From assembly GCF_038025025.1 (NCBI RefSeq), contig NW_027117342.1:1922001-1986000 (forward strand): 64,000 nt of DNA. Direction: 5' to 3'. Origin of the DNA: Phyllosticta citribraziliensis (taxonomy: Eukaryota). Shown here in pieces: positions 59,038-64,000 of the stretch (position 1 is its first letter; each line of letters opens with the position of its first letter). Below the pieces are notes generated by a model that saw only the letters and a program-made list of their open reading frames with translations, ran no database searches and was not told the DNA's origin. The translations under genes were made by a program, and so were the position numbers.

Positions 59038-62000
59038 CTACAGCTCCACGTGCCCTGGGCTGGGCGGCAAGTCGCCTGTATCCCATTCAGCCGGCGTGTC
59101 TCCCAGGACAAACTCGATTGTGGCGCCCTTTGCAATATCCTCGTGGCTCACCCAATTCTTGGTCCACGGCGTGCCATTCAGCTTCACACTCTGCACGTAG
59201 TACCCCTTGTCCAACCCTGTGGCCGTGATCCTCAGCGTCTCCTCGCCCTGGCCCTCGCCCTCGAAGCTCGGCACGCGCACCTCAAAACTGTCAAACCAGG
59301 GGCTCAGCAAGAGGTACACGGGCTGCGTAACAACGGGATACAGGCCGAGCAAGTTCCAAACGAGCCAGCTATCCAGGGAGCCGCCGTCGCTGTTGCCGGG
59401 CAAGCCGGACGGCGAGTCGCCGTAGTACTGGTCGACGAGCTGGCGCGAGCGCAGCACGCTCTTCCACTGGCGGCGTCCCAGGTAGTGGTACAGGAAGGGC
59501 GTGGCGAAGCTGGGCTCGTTGCCCGGGTTGAAGAGCGTGTCGCCGAGCGAGTTGGTGCCGATGGCGCCGGGCCGCCCGCCCGGCTTGAACATGAGGTCCA
59601 GCCGCCGCTCGGTGGTTGCGGGCCCGCCCATGAGCGTGATGAGCGTGCGCATGTCTTGCGGGATGTTCCAGCTGTACTCCCAGGGGACTGCTTCGTAGGC
59701 GATGGCGCTCCATTCGCACTCGCCGCACGAGGTCGGGTCGTAGGCTGGGTCGGCCAGCGTGCCGTTGGCTTGCTTGGGCGCGAGGAATCCGGTGAAGTCG
59801 AGAGAGCTGATTGATGGTACCCAAAGGTTGCGCCAGCCGCTGGGAAGAAGGTCAGTCAGAAGGTGGTGCCGCGTGGGGGGAGAGGAAGAAAGACAGCACT
59901 CACGCCGAGCGATTCAAATACTTCTGATAATCATCTGGTGCCAGGTCCTTGGCCACAACACTCAGCGCAAAGTCATTGAGGCAGTACTCAACCGTCAGGC
60001 TCAAACTACGCGAGTACGACGTGCTCACGAAGCCAAGCTTGAGCCAGTCGTCCAGCGCGCCGCGGCCCTCCTTGGTGCTGCCCGTGCCCTTGTTTTCAAT
60101 GTCAAAGTTGTTGTAGGGCGTCACTTCGGCGTCTGTCTTCATGGCCTTGTAGCCATCGTCCCAGTTGATGCCGTACTTGAGCCCCTTGACGTAGGCGTCG
60201 GCGAGCACGTTGTCGGCGTTGCTACCGCCTTGGACCTGTGAAAGATTAGCGTTGCTGGCCTCTCTTGAACTGAATTGGATTGGCAGACTCGGCCGTTGTA
60301 ATTGCCACTCCGCCCGTCGGGCATGAAGCGTTCATTGCGCCAGACGTCAATCAAGCTGCGAATCATGCCGGCGGCCCGATCCGGCTCTATGAGGAGCCAG
60401 AGGCTGTTTGTGCAGCGGAAAGTGTCCCACAGCGTGTAAAAGTCGTCGTAGTACGGCTCAGTCGTTTCAAAGTTTGGACTCTCGCCCGTTCGATCACTGC
60501 AAGACCATCAGCTCCTTAACTCTCTCGCACTCATTTGAGCAAGCAAGCAGCATACCTGGGGATAAGGTGCATCTTGTACAGCGCCGAGTAAAACATGGTC
60601 AGACGCGTAACATTCGCCAAATCAGTCGTCGTGATCCTAGAAAAGACCTCATCATTCCAAGTCTTCTTGGCCGCCTCGACTGTGTCATCAAAGTTCCACC
60701 CGTCAATCTCGTCGTCGACAAAGTTGCACGCCTTTTCTGTCGAGATCCATGACACGCCGACTTTAGACATGACTTCTGATGCCGACGCGTCGAATTCGAA
60801 GAGTGCTCCGATGCGGTTCGCGTACTGATAGCCGTTTGTGCCGCCCGTGGCGGTGGTGGAGTCGTTCAACCACGTCGGCTGGCTGTTGGTAGTGTTGGGC
60901 CAATAGGGGTCGGTGTAAGGACCGGAGAAGAGCTTGGCTGACTTGGGCGGTTGGTCGAAATGACCGCAGAAGAAGACGGTGTAGTCGGGACCTTTTGGAC
61001 TTAGATTTACGAGGCTGTGTCAACCACTTCTCGTGATTTTGGGCTTACCGGCGTTGAAACCGCCCCTGAGATGCGGGTTAGAATACTGTGATTCTGCAAG
61101 TGGGACTGACGTACCTCCAAATTCCGTATCCCTTGTACTTTCTCCCGCCGTCCGAGACTTCGATTTGTCCATTGCTGTAGAACTGTGCGAGATTGACTTC
61201 GTCATTTGTTGGCAAGAAGTGTGATACATCAACCAGCACATATCGTTCTCCCGGATCTTTGTAGTCGTACTTGATAAACCCAGCATGTCTTGTTGCAGAA
61301 ATTTCAGCCACGACCCCCTGTCAAATGTTAGAGACGTTTCCGCATGTTGCAAGAGTCCCCGGCAAAGACAATCGTGGAAAAAACAACAGTTCGATAAACT
61401 TACGTTGCCCAACTCAGTAGTGTACAATCCGACTTCGGCTTTGTCGTGCACTTTGCGCGGTTGCATATACGTGAGATTGTCCAGCACATTGACGCCGTCC
61501 AAAGTCGTCAGCGGCATCTGTCCAACGACGCCGTACTTGACGCCGCCTCCTGTGCCGCTCTCGTGCAACAGCGAAATGGCAGTGACGAAGCCATCGGGCG
61601 TGTAGCCGCCGTTGGCGTTGCAGCAAGAGGCGTTGAAACTAGAAGCTCCTTGTCTCAATTCGGAGACCGACAAAATCGCCATACAGAAGCTTTTTGAGTG
61701 ACTTACACGGTGGTACTGGAAATTGTCAATTTTGTCTATCAATGTTGACGTTTTTTCGTCTTTCAGATGCGTTTGTACTGTGATGTTCTCACGCGAGGAC
61801 GAAAACACGTGGGTTTACTTACTCAATACCAGCCTTGACAACCCCGAACGGCATCGCCGCCCCAGGAAAGACATTCCCAGCATTGAAGGCCGTCCCCGGC
61901 TCCGGTCCCTCGGTGCCAATAAACAAGTCGACAAACTTGGTCCAATCCACGTCTTCAGCCACGACCGGGTTTAGGGGTCCCAACACGCAGAGCAGCAGCA

Positions 62001-62052
62001 GCAGCAGCAGCAACCGCGGCGCAAAACAGCCAGTGATTGAAGTCCCACCCAT
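59038..62052 (-). CDS. Glycoside hydrolase family 92 (alpha-1,2-mannosidase), secreted, multi-exon
   Basis: Poly-Leu signal, FVDLFIGT, GNVFPGAAMPFGVVKAG, SLLHESGTGGGVKYG, MPDGRSGNYNGR, LADAYVKG, SRSLSLTVEY, GNEPSF and GLPGNSDGGSLDSW. Confidence 0.95.
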
Positions 62053-63285
62053 CGCGACGAAAAAGGAAAAAAAAGCTGCTGCAGGATGCGCAGGCGTTGT
62101 CGTTTGCTGGCCAACCGACTGGCCGGCTCGTCCGTTTTCAATGGCTCAAAGAATGCCACTGTTGGCTGCAAGGTTTTTTGGTTTTATTAGCCGTCCGTCC
62201 CGCGTCCACGCCTGCCCGTTCGTACTGTACCTTAACACACCTCCAGTAACTCTTTTTGCCAGAAATCTATCGTGCCCCGCGCGCCCCCCCAAAGGCGGGG
62301 CTCCCTCGTACAACTTGCGTCATGCCACATAGGGCAGAGCGCTATCCTCCACCCCAGCGCTCAGGAACTTGCCGCTTTGGGCTAATCGCGCTCGTCTCCT
62401 CTCGCTTGCGGCTATCTCGTTGCACCACTCAGCGGCGCGAGATAGCAGAGTGCCGTCAAAGCTACCTTGGTCGGCAAGAGCCAATTGGGCGATGCTACAC
62501 TGCCTTGACTCGGCGCCGATTAGATGGTTTGTTCCTGCGTTGGTGGTCGATAGACACGGTGCTGATCTTCAGGGGGATGAGTGCCATGAGTGAGTGGAGT
62601 TCTGTTGGTTGGAACAAGCAAGAAAGCAAACCCGTGACTGGAAAATGGTGGATCATTGTGGAAGGATGGATGCTGGTACCGCAAGTTGGGCGCGGAAGTG
62701 GAGGGTGCGGGGAAGGTACATATTGACAGATGCCACAGCACGATGCTACCTTGATGGCAAAATAAGGAATTCAGGTTGCTCTTCTACTTTGATGCTGACA
62801 AAGCTTCCCCATCTTGATTGATCATGAGAGATAAGGATCAAACCGCCCAAGTAGAAATTGCGAAGAGTTGACCATTTGTGGGGAGATACCGGGCATCAAA
62901 AAGCTGAACTCGTGAGCACTTGCTGCACACTCCACGTCAGTAGGAATAAGGGAAAAGGTCTTTTCTACGTACAAAGCCACCATATACCGCTGACTACTTC
63001 CACCACCACCTTCATCCGCCCATCCGCTGAATCATTCGAGCTAACCAACGAAGCTTTCCTCCGCCGAATCCACGAGCAGAAGAAAGCAACTAATAAAACA
63101 TGAATGAACCTGACCTGCATCCCATCATCAGGTGCCGTAAACCACCAGCGCTTTTTTGATGCCATTACGTCAAACCATCAATGAGTGCATGAAGTCGTCC
63201 ACACCCCACGTGAGCTCGAAAAGGAAATAAGAGGCACCACGTCGACAAAGGGGCTGTCGATGTGCCTGATTGTGCTTCGAATTTT

Positions 63286-64000
63286 CTAGGTCCTGCGGGA
63301 AGAGAATGCACCGGGCCTGTACTTTCCGTCGCTGGCGCCAGCAGCAGGACGAGGGGGAGGAGCAGCGTCGGCAGAAGAGTCGCGTTCGCCTTCGCCGCGC
63401 TTGTGAGGCGGCCTCCAAGCGCTACCACCACCGGACGGGCTTTGGCTCTGGCCCGGAGTCGAGTTGCGAGCCGCAGGGGGCTGCCATCTGCCAGCGCCCG
63501 AAGCAGGAGAATCGGTGCGAGCAGGAGCATCCCGAACAGGAAGGTCCCGAGCAGGAGCCTCCCGAGCAGGAGCCTCCCGAGCAGGGCCACGGTCCTCGCG
63601 TTGGGCCCAGGAAGAAGCACCCTCACGACGTCCCGGCGGGACGTAGCCACCACGCTTGGGAGGCTCAGCCTCAGCAGGGGGAGCGTCCGACGCGGCCGGA
63701 GCCTGACCACCGGCAGCGAGCCTTGCGGCCTCGCGCTCGCGCCACGAGGGCTTGCCGCCGGCGAGGTTGAGTCGAGGGGGGCCGCGCTCTTCGGTAGCAG
63801 GTTCGGCACGAGGCTCTGCACGGGGTTCCGCACGAGAGGGGACAAAGGCACCAGACTTCTTCGCCGCCAACTTGGCCTCGATTTCGGCCTCGCGTTGGCG
63901 CTGTTTGGCGGCAGCTTCGTCGAGTTTCCTGCTTCAGTGTTAGTCAAGTTCAGCCGCCAGCGACTTTCAAATACGTACTTGCGCTCTTCCTCTCTCTTGG
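63286..64000 (-). CDS. TIF32: eIF3 subunit A, C-terminal part; intron 63929-63978
   Basis: Charged coiled coil KLDEAAAKQRQREAEIEAKL, then PRLNLAGGKPSWREREAAR, GGYVPPGRR and DGKYRPGAF, recalled as typical of fungal eIF3a tails. The gene continues beyond the window. Confidence 0.8.

Overview
Eukaryotic DNA from a filamentous ascomycete (short GT-AG introns with CTRAC/CTAAC branch points; probably a Dothideomycete, which is an inference). Conserved genes occupy both flanks: HMT1 3' end, an F-box/LRR-like gene, DEF1, a membrane protein, a TetX-like FAD monooxygenase, an MFS transporter, a LaeA-like methyltransferase, a LisH-WD40 gene, a two-RRM gene, alkaline phosphatase, LOS1, a GH92 mannosidase and the eIF3a 3' end. 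Between them lies a ~17 kb island (17.7-35.0 kb) of nine co-oriented putative nuclear regulators: one Zn2Cys6 fusion gene, seven divergent C2H2 zinc-finger paralogues and one fingerless gene. The paralogues share a basic NLS, C-x2-C-x12-H-x4-H finger pairs, an ELP tail and promoter motifs, but their DNA-contact residues have diversified. This tandem array, reminiscent of animal KRAB/ZAD-ZNF clusters, is the main candidate new system. Other highlights are a 204-nt in-frame DEF1 intron with two alternative RNA folds, an in-frame TGA in one ZF gene, and tRNA T-arm/B-box-like elements upstream of ZF genes. All calls were made by eye; no database searches were run.
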